Virus record (IMG/VR): IMGVR_UViG_3300020045_000843
Location: 1-36,874 of that record
From: a virus
Lineage: Duplodnaviria > Caudoviricetes
DNA: 36,874 bases
Direction: 5' to 3' (one strand)
Below, in pieces: positions 1 through 9,506 of this stretch; position 1 is the stretch's first letter, and each line of letters opens with the position of its first letter. The notes under the pieces were generated by a model. The model was given only the letters and a program-made list of their open reading frames with translations, was not told where the DNA came from and ran no database searches. The position numbers were made by a program, and so were the translations under genes.

Positions 1-1191
1 CCCGAGCTGCAAAGCAGATTCATCCCATTCCGAGGTGAGTTGAAAAAAGCTGGAGATTCCACATCGACCTACCGCGCCCTGTCCCGCGAAAACCGTAAAA
101 CGGGTGATGGCAAAAACCCATCTTGCGCCATGATTGACGAGGCTGCTCAGATTACCGAGCGCGGCTCAATTGAAGTGTTGCACTCGGGTATGGCCGCGCG
201 GAAGAATCCTTTGCGGATGTATCTGACGACAGCCAGTTTTACCAAAGAGACAAAGTTCTTTGAGGACTTGAATCATTTTCGTGCTGTGCTGCGCGGCGCG
301 GCGGAAGACTCGTTCCGTTGGTTTGGCTTGCTGTATTCCGTTGACCCCGGCGATGAGTGGTCTGACCCTGCTGTATGGGGCAAGGCCAACCCTATGCTTG
401 GCGTGTCCGTGACGACTGAGGCCATTCAGCACATGGCCGACGAAGCCAAGAGCAAGCCTGCATCCCTCAATGAATTTCTTTGTAAGCAGCTCAACATCTA
501 CGTCAGCTCGAATGCTGCATGGGTTGACCGTAGATTCTGGGATGAGTCCGTGACTGAAATGCCTGCTGAAAAGCCAGAGGCAACATTCATTGGATTTGAC
601 TTGGCGCATAGCCGAGATTTAAATGCTGTGGTAACGCTTCACCGATATGCCGAGGAAGACCTATATGCCAAGTTCAAATTCTTCTTGCCCGAAGAATCAA
701 TTGAGCTGATTCCGAATCACTACAAGTCAATTTTCAGTCAGGCTGTGACATCTGGCATTTTGCATTTGACTCCCGGCAACGTAACCGACCTGAACGAGAT
801 TGAATCCTACATTCGCAAAGAGGCTGAAACCTATGAAGTCAAAGAAATTGGCTATGACCCTTACAACGCTGCTGCTCTTGTTGCCAACCTGTTCTCCTAT
901 GGCCTTCCAGTCAAGAAGGTTGGACAAGGTATGGCAGTGCTATCCAACCCGTCGAAAACAGCGGAACAGTTGATTCTCAAGCGAGCCATCAAGCATGATG
1001 GAAATCCGTTCGTTGGGTGGCAATTGGGCAACTGCGAGGTCTACACAGACGTAAACGGTAACGTAAAAGTGAGAAAAAATGAGGCCGACCCATCTGCCAA
1101 GGTGGACGGAATTATTGCGATGATTATGGCTTTGCACTGCCATTTGGACAATGTTTTCGTGTCAGATTCTTATGGACTGCGATTATTTTGA
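1..1191 (+). CDS. terL: Terminase large subunit (5' truncated; frame open from base 1)
   Basis: Walker B (AMIDEAA), coupling motif (LTTAS), WGKANP, nuclease motifs GFDLA, GYDPYNA, KVDGIIA; directly upstream of portal. Confidence 0.95.
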   Translation, partial: PELQSRFIPFRGELKKAGDSTSTYRALSRENRKTGDGKNPSCAMIDEAAQITERGSIEVLHSGMAARKNPLRMYLTTASFTKETKFFEDLNHFRAVLRGAAEDSFRWFGLLYSVDPGDEWSDPAVWGKANPMLGVSVTTEAIQHMADEAKSKPASLNEFLCKQLNIYVSSNAAWVDRRFWDESVTEMPAEKPEATFIGFDLAHSRDLNAVVTLHRYAEEDLYAKFKFFLPEESIELIPNHYKSIFSQAVTSGILHLTPGNVTDLNEIESYIRKEAETYEVKEIGYDPYNAAALVANLFSYGLPVKKVGQGMAVLSNPSKTAEQLILKRAIKHDGNPFVGWQLGNCEVYTDVNGNVKVRKNEADPSAKVDGIIAMIMALHCHLDNVFVSDSYGLRLF

Positions 1192-1221
1192 GTGATAACA
1201 TCACGGAAACTAGGAGCTGAC

Positions 1222-2616
1222 ATGGCTATTCTTGATATTTTCAAACGCAAATCGACCTCTGCCGACGAAAGCAACACGCTTTTTGGTCAAACGGCTCTCG
1301 GTAACAACGTCATTTACTCGGGCAGCAATACTCGCCCCACAGTCAATACTCAAATCCTGTATGTAACAACATCCAGCACCAATCAGGCGGGTCGTCCCGT
1401 CGATATGAGTCTGTTGACGCGCAATAGCACCGTCATGGCTTGCGTTGGCGCAAAGGCTCGCGCATTGGCGCAGCTTCCAATCAAGGTTATGTCCGAGCAG
1501 GAAGATGGTTCGTATCTCGACGCCGTGAAAGACAAGTCTGTTGGCGCTCGCGACAAGAACAAGGCGAAGCAAGTTGCCAAGTTGCTGAACAATCCAAACA
1601 ATTTTCAATCGAAATATGAGTTCTGGTATCAGTGGCTCATGTGGCTTGAATTATCAGGTGAGGCGTTCACTCTTTGGTGGCGTGAAGACCAGAAGAACCC
1701 AACACAGACCCCAATGGAAATGTATGTGCTGGATTCGACGCTGATTGCTGTGACCATCAATCCTGCGCGTTACCCTTCATACCGCCTGTCAACTCCCTCA
1801 TACGGTTTCAGCAAGGATGAGCCATTGGCGGCGCATCAAGTGATGCACGTTAAAGAGGCTGCGTGGCAAGGTTCCGCTGGTTTCAACAAAGGCATCTTGG
1901 CTGCTGAGTTGGTGACGCTCGACCAAGACATTGACATCTATGCAAACTTCATCATGCTCAATGGCGCGAAGCCAAGCGGTATGTTTATGACCGAGCAAGT
2001 GATTCCTGATGCGAAATACAAAGAGATTGCTTCTCGATTGAAAGAAGCTTGGTCTTCGATGGTTGGCAGTCAGCGCACTGATGAATCAAAGCCCGGCCAA
2101 GGTATGTTGCTCGACCAAGGCATGAAGTACGAGAAGATTGAAATTCTCTCTCTGCAAGATGCGCAAGCCGCCGAGTTGAAGACTCAAACCATGAAGCGCA
2201 TTTGTGGTTTGTTCGGTGTGCCTCCTGCATTGATTGGCATTGCCGACCAGAAGTACAACAACACTCAGACGTTGCTCGACGAGTTCTACAAATCCACGAT
2301 GTACCCAACGATCGTGAACGTGCAAGACAAGTTGAAGCAGCAATTATTCAATGGCTATCCATCGCTCTCAATTCATTTCGACACATCGAATTTCTTAAAG
2401 GGTGCGCCTCTTGACCAAATGGAATGGGCTAGAGCTGGCGTTGATGCTGGAGTCTTGACTCCGAACGAGGCACGAGAATATTTGGGCAAAGCCAGACTTG
2501 ATGGCGGTGACGAGTTGAAGAAAGATACGAAATCAGAGACGATTAAGGGGAATAGTCCTCAAGACACTGGCGGCGGCGGCGGGAGCCAAACTAGAAAAAT
2601 GAATATCGGCAAATAA
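1222..2616 (+). CDS. HK97-family portal protein
   Basis: LLNNPNNFQS, GEAF, NGAKPSG, ICGLFGVPP, LTPNEAR motifs; AGGAG before ATG 1222. Confidence 0.93.
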   Translation: MAILDIFKRKSTSADESNTLFGQTALGNNVIYSGSNTRPTVNTQILYVTTSSTNQAGRPVDMSLLTRNSTVMACVGAKARALAQLPIKVMSEQEDGSYLDAVKDKSVGARDKNKAKQVAKLLNNPNNFQSKYEFWYQWLMWLELSGEAFTLWWREDQKNPTQTPMEMYVLDSTLIAVTINPARYPSYRLSTPSYGFSKDEPLAAHQVMHVKEAAWQGSAGFNKGILAAELVTLDQDIDIYANFIMLNGAKPSGMFMTEQVIPDAKYKEIASRLKEAWSSMVGSQRTDESKPGQGMLLDQGMKYEKIEILSLQDAQAAELKTQTMKRICGLFGVPPALIGIADQKYNNTQTLLDEFYKSTMYPTIVNVQDKLKQQLFNGYPSLSIHFDTSNFLKGAPLDQMEWARAGVDAGVLTPNEAREYLGKARLDGGDELKKDTKSETIKGNSPQDTGGGGGSQTRKMNIGK

Positions 2617-2835
2617 ATGTCGTTGATTTTTAAGATTATGGTAGCATCGTTGGTAGCTAATAGACCAGTTGTGCCGCCTCCACCTCGTCGTGGTAGGCCG
2701 CCAAAAATAATACATGACATTGACCAAACTAAAGTCGATGAGGTAATCCATGACGCAAAAGAATCTGATGATGGTGTGCGAGGCCAAACTGGTACTCGAA
2801 AAAGCAGGCAACGCAGAGCCAACAGGCAATATTGA
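2617..2835 (+). CDS. Possible small basic protein with AT-hook-like motif
   Basis: ATG abuts portal stop (TAAATG); PPRRGRPPK; fills an otherwise empty gap but overlaps the protease gene by 86 nt. Confidence 0.35.
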   Translation: MSLIFKIMVASLVANRPVVPPPPRRGRPPKIIHDIDQTKVDEVIHDAKESDDGVRGQTGTRKSRQRRANRQY

Positions 2836-3553
2836 AGCGGTTGTCACAACTTGGGGTCCACGCGAAGGCGCTGATGGCCGCAAGTTCAACTATCAACCAG
2901 AGGCATTTATGCAATGGGCAGAGGAGTTCGGCAAAGCTGGTCGTCCTCTCCCAATGTTTGTGAATCACGATGCTGATTCCATCCCTGTTGGTGAGTGGAC
3001 ATCGTTTGAGTTTGACGACACTGGCATGAAAGCCTGCGGTCGCTTGTATGTCAACACCACTCAAGGTTCTGACTTGTATCAAGTGATGAGCGAGTCGCCA
3101 AATATGTTTGGTGGCGTGTCTGTCGGTGCTTATGCCGAAGAATATCAGTGGACAAAAGAAGACGGCACTCCAATGGTCGTCGGTTCTGATGACCCATACG
3201 AAGACGGCTACTTCCAAATCACCAAAGGTGGTCTGCGTGAAGTGTCTGTCGTGATGTATCCCAACAACCCAATGGCAGAAGTGCAAAAGCTGGAATTCTT
3301 CCGTGCTGATGGCACTGCCGATTTAAAGATTTTGGAACAAGCCCTTCGTGAAGTTGGTCTATCCAAGAAAGATGCGGTCGCTGCCGCATCTACATTCAAG
3401 AAAGTGATTGAGCAACGTGATGTTTCTCAAGAGCCAATTGAAAATGCGACGACTCAGAGCGATTCTGGTGCGGAAGCGACCAACGCAGCAATTCTCGCGG
3501 CTCTTGAGCAACGCGAATTGCTAAAACTCCTCGACAAACGCCTGAAAGGTTAA
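2750..3553 (+). CDS. HK97-family prohead maturation protease
   Basis: PMFVNHD...PVGEW, GVSVG (catalytic Ser region), LREVSVVMYPNNP; GAGGT SD; position between portal and capsid. Confidence 0.92.
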   Translation: MTQKNLMMVCEAKLVLEKAGNAEPTGNIEAVVTTWGPREGADGRKFNYQPEAFMQWAEEFGKAGRPLPMFVNHDADSIPVGEWTSFEFDDTGMKACGRLYVNTTQGSDLYQVMSESPNMFGGVSVGAYAEEYQWTKEDGTPMVVGSDDPYEDGYFQITKGGLREVSVVMYPNNPMAEVQKLEFFRADGTADLKILEQALREVGLSKKDAVAAASTFKKVIEQRDVSQEPIENATTQSDSGAEATNAAILAALEQRELLKLLDKRLKG

Positions 3554-3555
3554 TC

Positions 3556-4899
3556 ATGTCAAAAGAAATCATCGAAAAATTGGATGCTATCGAAGCTAAA
3601 CAAGCTGAGAGCATCGTGGCTGTTGAAGCCAAAATCCCCGCTGCCATCGAAGCCGTTAAAGGTGAAATGGCTGAAATGGTTGCCGCACTGGAAGCCAAAG
3701 TTGCTGCCATCCCTGCTGCCAACGTCCACAAAGAAAAAGCCAAGTCAGTTCGCGCTGATGTGAACCGTTCTGTGAAAGAACAGCTCAAGGCAATCGCCGA
3801 AGGCAAGAATTCTTTTGAGAAGCAACTGCAAGTGTTTGCGGACGAATCTCAAATGGAAGCGTACATGGCCGAAGCATCTGCTTTGACAGGTGGCGGTAAT
3901 GGTCAAGGTGGTCGCACCGCTTATGACCCTGTGTTCGTCGCTCTGCGTTTGGCTAACCCAATGCGCGGCGTGTCTCGCACTGTGGCTACTGATGGCTCTA
4001 GCTATCAATTCCGTGTGAAGACTGGCAATGCCGGTGCTGCATGGGGCTACGCAATCCAGAACAACGGCGCGGCAACAACTGAAAACACTTCAATCTGGCA
4101 ATTGGTTTTGCAAGACTTGAACGTGCAGTTCCCTATCCGTACTGCTGCTCTTGACGACATCGACGGTTTGGAAGCAAACGTGGTTGACGATATGTTGGCT
4201 GAGTTCGCTCAAGCCGAAGCTCTGTCAATGATTCAAAACAACGACCAAGGCGCTACTAGCTTGCCATACGGCGGCTCTAACGGCTTGCGCGGTTTGAACC
4301 AATACGCTGGTGCTGCTGCTACCTACGCTGGTGGTTCTACAACTACTGCTGCCTTCGGCACATCTGGCACTGGTTCTACAAGCGGTTTGCACAGCTTGGC
4401 TACCTATGACCAGTTGACCACCAACGGCAATACTGTGGGTGCTGCAAACATCACTTACAAAGACGTTGTGAACTTCATCTACGCCTTGCCACAACAATAC
4501 TGGACTGAGAGCGCTAAGTTCATCATCAGCCCTGTGTTGTTGGCTCAAATCCGTGGCTTGACAGACGACAACGGCACTCCTGTGTTCGAGCGTATGTCTC
4601 CTCTGGAAACCAACGGTATCGTTGGCCGCTTGTTGGGCTTCGACGTTGTTGTGAACAAGTATTTGGACACTCCATCGCAAACCACAACTGGCTCTGCTGG
4701 CACAACTAGCCTGTACCCAATGTACTTCGGTGACTGGTCACGCGGCCACACCATCGTTGACCGTTTGAACATGGTTATGCGCCGTTACGACCAGACAGCC
4801 CCCGGCTACATCACCTTCTTCGGTGAGAAGCGTTTGGCTACATCTGTGCGCGACCCTAACGCAATCGTGCGTTACCGTTCGACTGGCACTGCAACCTGA
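3556..4899 (+). CDS. Major capsid protein (HK97 fold) with ~105-aa N-terminal scaffold (delta) domain
   Basis: Helical Ala/Glu/Lys-rich N-terminus; GRLLGFDVVVN, YFGDW, F..EKRL C-terminal motifs; strong codon bias. Confidence 0.93.
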   Translation: MSKEIIEKLDAIEAKQAESIVAVEAKIPAAIEAVKGEMAEMVAALEAKVAAIPAANVHKEKAKSVRADVNRSVKEQLKAIAEGKNSFEKQLQVFADESQMEAYMAEASALTGGGNGQGGRTAYDPVFVALRLANPMRGVSRTVATDGSSYQFRVKTGNAGAAWGYAIQNNGAATTENTSIWQLVLQDLNVQFPIRTAALDDIDGLEANVVDDMLAEFAQAEALSMIQNNDQGATSLPYGGSNGLRGLNQYAGAAATYAGGSTTTAAFGTSGTGSTSGLHSLATYDQLTTNGNTVGAANITYKDVVNFIYALPQQYWTESAKFIISPVLLAQIRGLTDDNGTPVFERMSPLETNGIVGRLLGFDVVVNKYLDTPSQTTTGSAGTTSLYPMYFGDWSRGHTIVDRLNMVMRRYDQTAPGYITFFGEKRLATSVRDPNAIVRYRSTGTAT

Positions 4900-4910
4900 T
4901 AGTTGCTCTG

Positions 4911-4937
4911 GATGGGGGCTTCGGCTCCCATCTTTTT
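4911..4937 (+). terminator. Intrinsic terminator between the two capsid genes
   Basis: GATGGGGGC-TTCG-GCTCCCATC stem with C(UUCG)G loop followed by TTTTT. Confidence 0.85.
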
Positions 4938-4956
4938 AACTCTCATTGGAATAACT

Positions 4957-5973
4957 ATGACTATCACCGAAAAAATCCTGAACGGCATCAAACAAGCCAT
5001 CCACGAAGGTACGAAAGTTACCATTGACCTGAAAGAAGCCTCTGGAATCACTGGTTCTGGTTCGGGTGTTGGTGGTAATGTCGTGTTTGACGATGCGTTC
5101 GCTGCATTGCGTCAAGCAAACCCTTTGCGTCAAGGCTCTCGTCAAATTACTGTGGCTGGTTCTGATGCTCAATTCGTTGCCAAGACTGGTAACGCTGCAA
5201 ACTCTACTAACCCTTGGGGTTACACATTCACTCCTGACAGCGGTTCGCCCGATGTCAGTACGTCAATTTGGCAATTGCCAGTTCGCGTCTTGGTTGCTCA
5301 ATTGCCAATCCGTACAGCAGTTCTGTCGGATGTAAACGCTCTTGAGTCTTCGATTGTTGCTGACTTGGCGCTTGAATTCGCTCAGCTAGAAGGACAGTCG
5401 ATGGTCTTGAATAATGACCAAGCTGGTTCAACAACAACCTCTACTGGTGCAACTAATGGCTTGCGCGGTTTGGACTCTTATGTGTCGGCATCTGCCAGCG
5501 CATTCGGCTCGTCTGGTACTGCCATCACCAATGGTCGTCACTCGATTGCTACCATCTCTTTGGGCGGCTCTCCAGTGACCTACAACAAGATTGTGGACAT
5601 GGCCTCGACATTGCCTGCGCAGTATTGGGCATTGCCTACAACTGCATGGCACATTCACCCTGACATGATTCTCATGTTGCGTGAATTGAAGGACACACAA
5701 GGTCTGCCATTGTTCTTGGAAGTTGGCGACTCTGACGGTGCTGCTGTTGGCCGAATCTTTGGCTTCCCTGTGGTTCCAAACCCATTCCTCTCTGCTGCAT
5801 TCCCAATCTATCTTGCCAACTGGTCTAACTTCTTGACCATCGGTGATTCAGAGCAAATGAATGTTCAGATGTTTGAGCAAACAGCCCCCGGCTTCATCAC
5901 TATGTACGCTGAAAAGCGCATCGTCAGTTCTGTTCGCTCGCCTTTTGCTGGCGTCCGTATGAGCGCAGCCTAA
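4957..5973 (+). CDS. Second HK97-fold capsid protein paralogue with short N-terminal leader
   Basis: Collinear similarity to 3556-4899 (EAS..TG.G.G.GG, ALR.ANP.R, KTGNA, TSIWQL, PIRTA, EFAQ.E..SM..NNDQ, NGLRGL, QTAPG.IT...EKR). Confidence 0.9.
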   Translation: MTITEKILNGIKQAIHEGTKVTIDLKEASGITGSGSGVGGNVVFDDAFAALRQANPLRQGSRQITVAGSDAQFVAKTGNAANSTNPWGYTFTPDSGSPDVSTSIWQLPVRVLVAQLPIRTAVLSDVNALESSIVADLALEFAQLEGQSMVLNNDQAGSTTTSTGATNGLRGLDSYVSASASAFGSSGTAITNGRHSIATISLGGSPVTYNKIVDMASTLPAQYWALPTTAWHIHPDMILMLRELKDTQGLPLFLEVGDSDGAAVGRIFGFPVVPNPFLSAAFPIYLANWSNFLTIGDSEQMNVQMFEQTAPGFITMYAEKRIVSSVRSPFAGVRMSAA

Positions 5974-5983
5974 GAGGTAAATA

Positions 5984-6655
5984 ATGTCCGCTGATTCACA
6001 ACTCGGCTACTTGAATTACGGTGCGCCAACGCGCAATCCGTTCAATTACGCAAAGACAGAGCAAATCGGTCGTGACATTGCTACCGCTTGGCTGTCTTTG
6101 GAGGACATTACCAATCAATTGAACTTGTTTGGTGATGACAGTCAGAACACATACCTGTCGAGTCTTGAGCTTGCTGTTCGCATGGCAATTGAGGACTTCT
6201 TGGGTTTGTCGATTTTTGCCACCTCGTATCGCGTTTGGTACAACTCCGCAAGCCTGTATGGAACTCCATTGGCTTTGGATTTGCCAGAAGTCAGCCAGAA
6301 CGTGGACCCTCTGCTGTCTGGCGTGACTGTGGATGCCGTTAAATATTGGAACGACAACAACCCTCCTGAGTTGATTGTGGTTGACCCAAGCCAGTATTAC
6401 TACGACCCATCTGGTAACAAAGTTGTCATTGCTAACTTGCCAACGAACCTGAACAGTTCGATGACTTCGCCTGTGATTTGCGAGTACACGACAGCAGCAA
6501 GCCCCTTGGCTGCTTACCCTGTAATCAAACAGGCTGGCTTGCTGTTGTTTACTCACCTCTACAACAACCGTAGCGATACGACTGGCCCGATTCAACACAA
6601 CATCCCTTGGGGTGTTCAAGTGTTGCTTCGTCCATACAAGCCGCTGGTGATGTAA
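5984..6655 (+). CDS. Head-tail connector (HK97 gp6-like, with insertion)
   Basis: LSLEDITNQL N-terminus, IKQAGLLLFTHLYNNR, LLRPYK C-terminus; GAGG SD; synteny. Confidence 0.85.
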   Translation: MSADSQLGYLNYGAPTRNPFNYAKTEQIGRDIATAWLSLEDITNQLNLFGDDSQNTYLSSLELAVRMAIEDFLGLSIFATSYRVWYNSASLYGTPLALDLPEVSQNVDPLLSGVTVDAVKYWNDNNPPELIVVDPSQYYYDPSGNKVVIANLPTNLNSSMTSPVICEYTTAASPLAAYPVIKQAGLLLFTHLYNNRSDTTGPIQHNIPWGVQVLLRPYKPLVM

Positions 6656-7000
6656 ATGGCAATTGCACGTTTCGAGAACATTGCAGTCAACAATCTCACT
6701 TTCTCTGAGAGTGGGTTTGGCGAGGGCGTGACGACTCAGACCAAGTGGTTTGATACTCGCGCCCGTGTATCTGATGTTGCGAACAGCTTGCGCATTTCTG
6801 ACAAGTACCGCCTGTACCAAGAGCTGACTCAGTTCACTCTGAATTACACGCCGAACATCAAAAGCATTGTTGATGCTCAGAACTTGTTTTCAATCACTTG
6901 GCGCGGCCAAGATTGGCGCATCACGGATGTCAAAGAAGCGAATGACCGCATGACTGTGATGTTGTTGTGCTACCGTAACGACCCGGCGACCGCAGTATGA
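6656..7000 (+). CDS. Head closure / head-tail adaptor (SPP1 gp16-like)
   Basis: 114-aa beta-rich protein with W...RARV and ITWRGQDWRITDV; synteny. Confidence 0.8.
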   Translation: MAIARFENIAVNNLTFSESGFGEGVTTQTKWFDTRARVSDVANSLRISDKYRLYQELTQFTLNYTPNIKSIVDAQNLFSITWRGQDWRITDVKEANDRMTVMLLCYRNDPATAV

Positions 7001-7416
7001 CGACACAGCTCAATCCAGTTCTGTACGGCAAGGCAATCCAGTATCAACTGGCAAACATTGTCACGCCTGTGCCTGTGTATGCTTCGTTCAACCGCAACTT
7101 TGCGACTCAGCCAAAGTTTCTGACTTGGCAGCTTCGCAATGTCCACCAGCCTGTTTACACGGGTCAACAACAAAACAACAAGGGCATTGACCGCCCTGTT
7201 TTCCAAATTTCTATCTTCACTCAAAAGATTGAAGATGGTTTCACTATTTCCAATCAGGTACTACAATCGCTGCACGGTTATAGTGGTCATTTTGGCAGTC
7301 CGACAGATGGGTTCTTCATTGCGAAGGCCGATGTTGTCTGGCTATACAACAGCTATGACAACGAGCAGAATTTGGCGCAAGTCTTTCTAGACTGCACCAT
7401 GGATGTTCCAGCATAA
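6997..7416 (+). CDS. Tail terminator / tail completion protein
   Basis: FQISIF, LQSLHGYSG motifs; ATGA coupling; directly upstream of tail tube. Confidence 0.75.
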   Translation: MTTQLNPVLYGKAIQYQLANIVTPVPVYASFNRNFATQPKFLTWQLRNVHQPVYTGQQQNNKGIDRPVFQISIFTQKIEDGFTISNQVLQSLHGYSGHFGSPTDGFFIAKADVVWLYNSYDNEQNLAQVFLDCTMDVPA

Positions 7417-7451
7417 GATAGTCCAATCAACTCTTTCTTCAAGGAAAAATC

Positions 7452-7976
7452 ATGGCTCTCATCAATAAAATTTTGCCCGGTTATGTGGCAACCCTCTGGT
7501 GCCAAACTGGTGCTAACCCAACTCCTCTGACTGACGCTCAGTTGGCCACATGGACTGGTCAAGTTGCTGACATCATCGGTACAGCCGCTGGCGGTACAGG
7601 TACTGACGGTATCTTGGTTCCAGTGGAAGCTGTGCCAGCTTTCGGTGCTGACGATGCTGTTGCCGCTTACTCTGTGGCAGGCGCTCGTACTGGCGCGAAA
7701 ATCACAACTCAAAACCAAGTGACTTCCTTGGCTGTGACTGCCGCTTGGAATCCTGCTGACGTTGCTCAGTTGCTGATTCGCGAAGACGGCTACAACGGCA
7801 CTACCATCCGCACATACGTTGTGGCTGTGTATGACGGCACTGACACTGTTGCTTACGCCTTCAATGGTCGCATCGGTGGCATGGCATGGGATATGTCTCC
7901 ATCTGCCGAAGGCAAGTTCAACTTCACAATCCACCCCGTTGGTGGCAACAGCTACGGCTGGTCTAACAACGCTTAA
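7452..7976 (+). CDS. Major tail tube protein
   Basis: 174 aa, VPAFGADD, YAFNGRI, terminal beta strand FTIHP; strong SD AAGGA; synteny. Confidence 0.8.
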   Translation: MALINKILPGYVATLWCQTGANPTPLTDAQLATWTGQVADIIGTAAGGTGTDGILVPVEAVPAFGADDAVAAYSVAGARTGAKITTQNQVTSLAVTAAWNPADVAQLLIREDGYNGTTIRTYVVAVYDGTDTVAYAFNGRIGGMAWDMSPSAEGKFNFTIHPVGGNSYGWSNNA

Positions 7977-7987
7977 TACGAAACCAC

Positions 7988-8215
7988 ATGACAGTTACAG
8001 TAAAAGACAATAGTGACCTGTTGAGTTTTCTGGTAACCCAAGCCGAGTCCCGCAAGGACTGGTTTGGGTTCGTCCAACAACGCATTACAGCAGTCGCTTT
8101 GGCGCATGACATTGCACGTTATCACGCCGACAAAATGACACCAGAGCAAGTTGCCTCATACGCGCTTGAGCTGAACGAAGTCATTTATCACAAGATTATC
8201 AAAACCACACGATAG
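7988..8215 (+). CDS. Hypothetical protein in tail module
   Basis: 75-aa ORF exactly filling the gap between tube and chaperone genes. Confidence 0.65.
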   Translation: MTVTVKDNSDLLSFLVTQAESRKDWFGFVQQRITAVALAHDIARYHADKMTPEQVASYALELNEVIYHKIIKTTR

Positions 8216-8223
8216 GACTCGAA

Positions 8224-8694
8224 ATGAGCAAACTCGCATCTGCCTTTGGCAAGAAGTATGAGAGCGCGGTCGCGCAAATCCGAACAAAAACATTCAGCAT
8301 TGGCGGACACGAATTTAAGGTTCGCGTCCCTTTGACTGCTGAGATGAACGCCCTCCAAGAGCGTATTGCAAAGGTCGATGAGGCCAAGCTGCAAGCCAAG
8401 TTTGAGGAGATGACAAAGGAACTTCGTAATGCGCCCCCTGCTGGCGTTGAGGTGACTGAGAGCGATGTCATCATCGAAGGAAAATCCACCCGCGAATTAG
8501 CGAATGCTGTTCTAATGATGGAAAGCCGAGTGGTCGAGTACATCCGATTGCTGATTCCTGTCAATGGAACCTTGGACGACATTACCTACGCCGAGATTGA
8601 GGAAGAATGGCCTCTGTCGGTGCAGATGGAGATTGTTGAGAAGGTGAGCGAGGCGATTCAGCCGGGCTACAAGGACACTCGAAAAAACTCCTAA
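8224..8694 (+). CDS. Tail assembly chaperone (gpG analogue)
   Basis: Acidic helical protein after tail tube; ends at slippery heptamer; AGGA SD. Confidence 0.8.
   Translation: MSKLASAFGKKYESAVAQIRTKTFSIGGHEFKVRVPLTAEMNALQERIAKVDEAKLQAKFEEMTKELRNAPPAGVEVTESDVIIEGKSTRELANAVLMMESRVVEYIRLLIPVNGTLDDITYAEIEEEWPLSVQMEIVEKVSEAIQPGYKDTRKNS
8682..8688 (+). other. Programmed -1 ribosomal frameshift site A_AAA_AAC
   Basis: CGA AAA AAC TCC TAA; the -1 frame is open (LLRDNRQQARAYVWAHGG...) and continuous with ORF 8769-9041. Confidence 0.85.
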
Positions 8695-9041
8695 GGGATA
8701 ACCGTCAGCAAGCCCGAGCTTATGTTTGGGCGCATGGTGGTTGTCCCGACAACATACCATCGAATGAAATGCAGAACATTGAGATTATGTTCAGTGACGG
8801 AATCATAGGGAACAAGGCCATTTTGTTGGCCTTGAGTACCTTGACCACTGGAAATCTTAATGCGAAGCTAAAACAGGGCGTCCAGCCCTTCACAATGAAC
8901 CATGTGTTGCCATCAACCCATGAGTACATCATCCCTCCATTGAGCGACGAGGAGCAGCGTGAGCAGACTAATGCAGCGCTCAAGGCATTTATGGCCTCGG
9001 CTCCAAAGGCTCCACCCAAAGTCACAGGAGCAATGCAATGA
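8688..9041 (+). CDS. Frameshift extension of tail chaperone (gpT part of a G-T fusion, 8224-9041)
   Basis: Open -1 frame from slippery site to 9041; no good SD before ATG 8769. Confidence 0.75.
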   Translation, partial: LLRDNRQQARAYVWAHGGCPDNIPSNEMQNIEIMFSDGIIGNKAILLALSTLTTGNLNAKLKQGVQPFTMNHVLPSTHEYIIPPLSDEEQREQTNAALKAFMASAPKAPPKVTGAMQ

Positions 9042-9505
9042 CGCAAATCTTCAAGGCGGAAGGATTTGAGGAGCTTGAGCAACAGCTTCTTGAGTTGGCA
9101 GAGGGATTTCGCGGCGACTTGGTGATGCGAAATACCGTCACCAAGGCCGTGAATGCCGCCTTGCAACCCGTCTTGGCTGATGTAATTGCCAGAGCGCCAT
9201 ATGACGAAAAAAACAAAGGCCCAATCCATTTGAGAGACACCGCACGACTTCACGCCAGAATCCCTACATCTGGCGATAGGAAGTCTGAATATGTGTCTCA
9301 AACCGATGCTGTGATTGGCGTTGTTTCGGTAAAGAAAAGCGCAGTGTCTCTTTCTCAAGAGTTTGGGAATGCCATAACCTCTCCGCAACCTTTCTTGCGC
9401 ATTTCGTTAGAAAGTAATCGCGACAATATCATCAACACATTAAAATCAGAGCTGGCTGTGAGCATCCCTGCTTACGCGAAAAAGTTAGCCAAACGGAAGA
9501 TTTGA
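9038..9505 (+). CDS. HK97 gp10-like neck/tail-completion protein
   Basis: EGFEEL..L, ARAP, HLRD, QEFG...PQPFLR motifs; GGAG SD. Confidence 0.8.
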   Translation: MTQIFKAEGFEELEQQLLELAEGFRGDLVMRNTVTKAVNAALQPVLADVIARAPYDEKNKGPIHLRDTARLHARIPTSGDRKSEYVSQTDAVIGVVSVKKSAVSLSQEFGNAITSPQPFLRISLESNRDNIINTLKSELAVSIPAYAKKLAKRKI

Positions 9506-9506
9506 T

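Noticed and set aside
4897-4956. Stop-codon read-through fusing capsid 1 to capsid 2 (same frame, open from 4903)
   Set aside because: Two consecutive stops (TGA TAG), an intervening terminator and a separate ATG at 4957 make a fusion unlikely; TGA and TAG behave as normal stops elsewhere, so no recoding
5996-6820. Long antisense ORFs in the structural module (also 2729-3286, 7353-7934, 8720-9388, 15902-16450)
   Set aside because: Shadows of biased sense-strand codon usage; no SD or recognisable motifs
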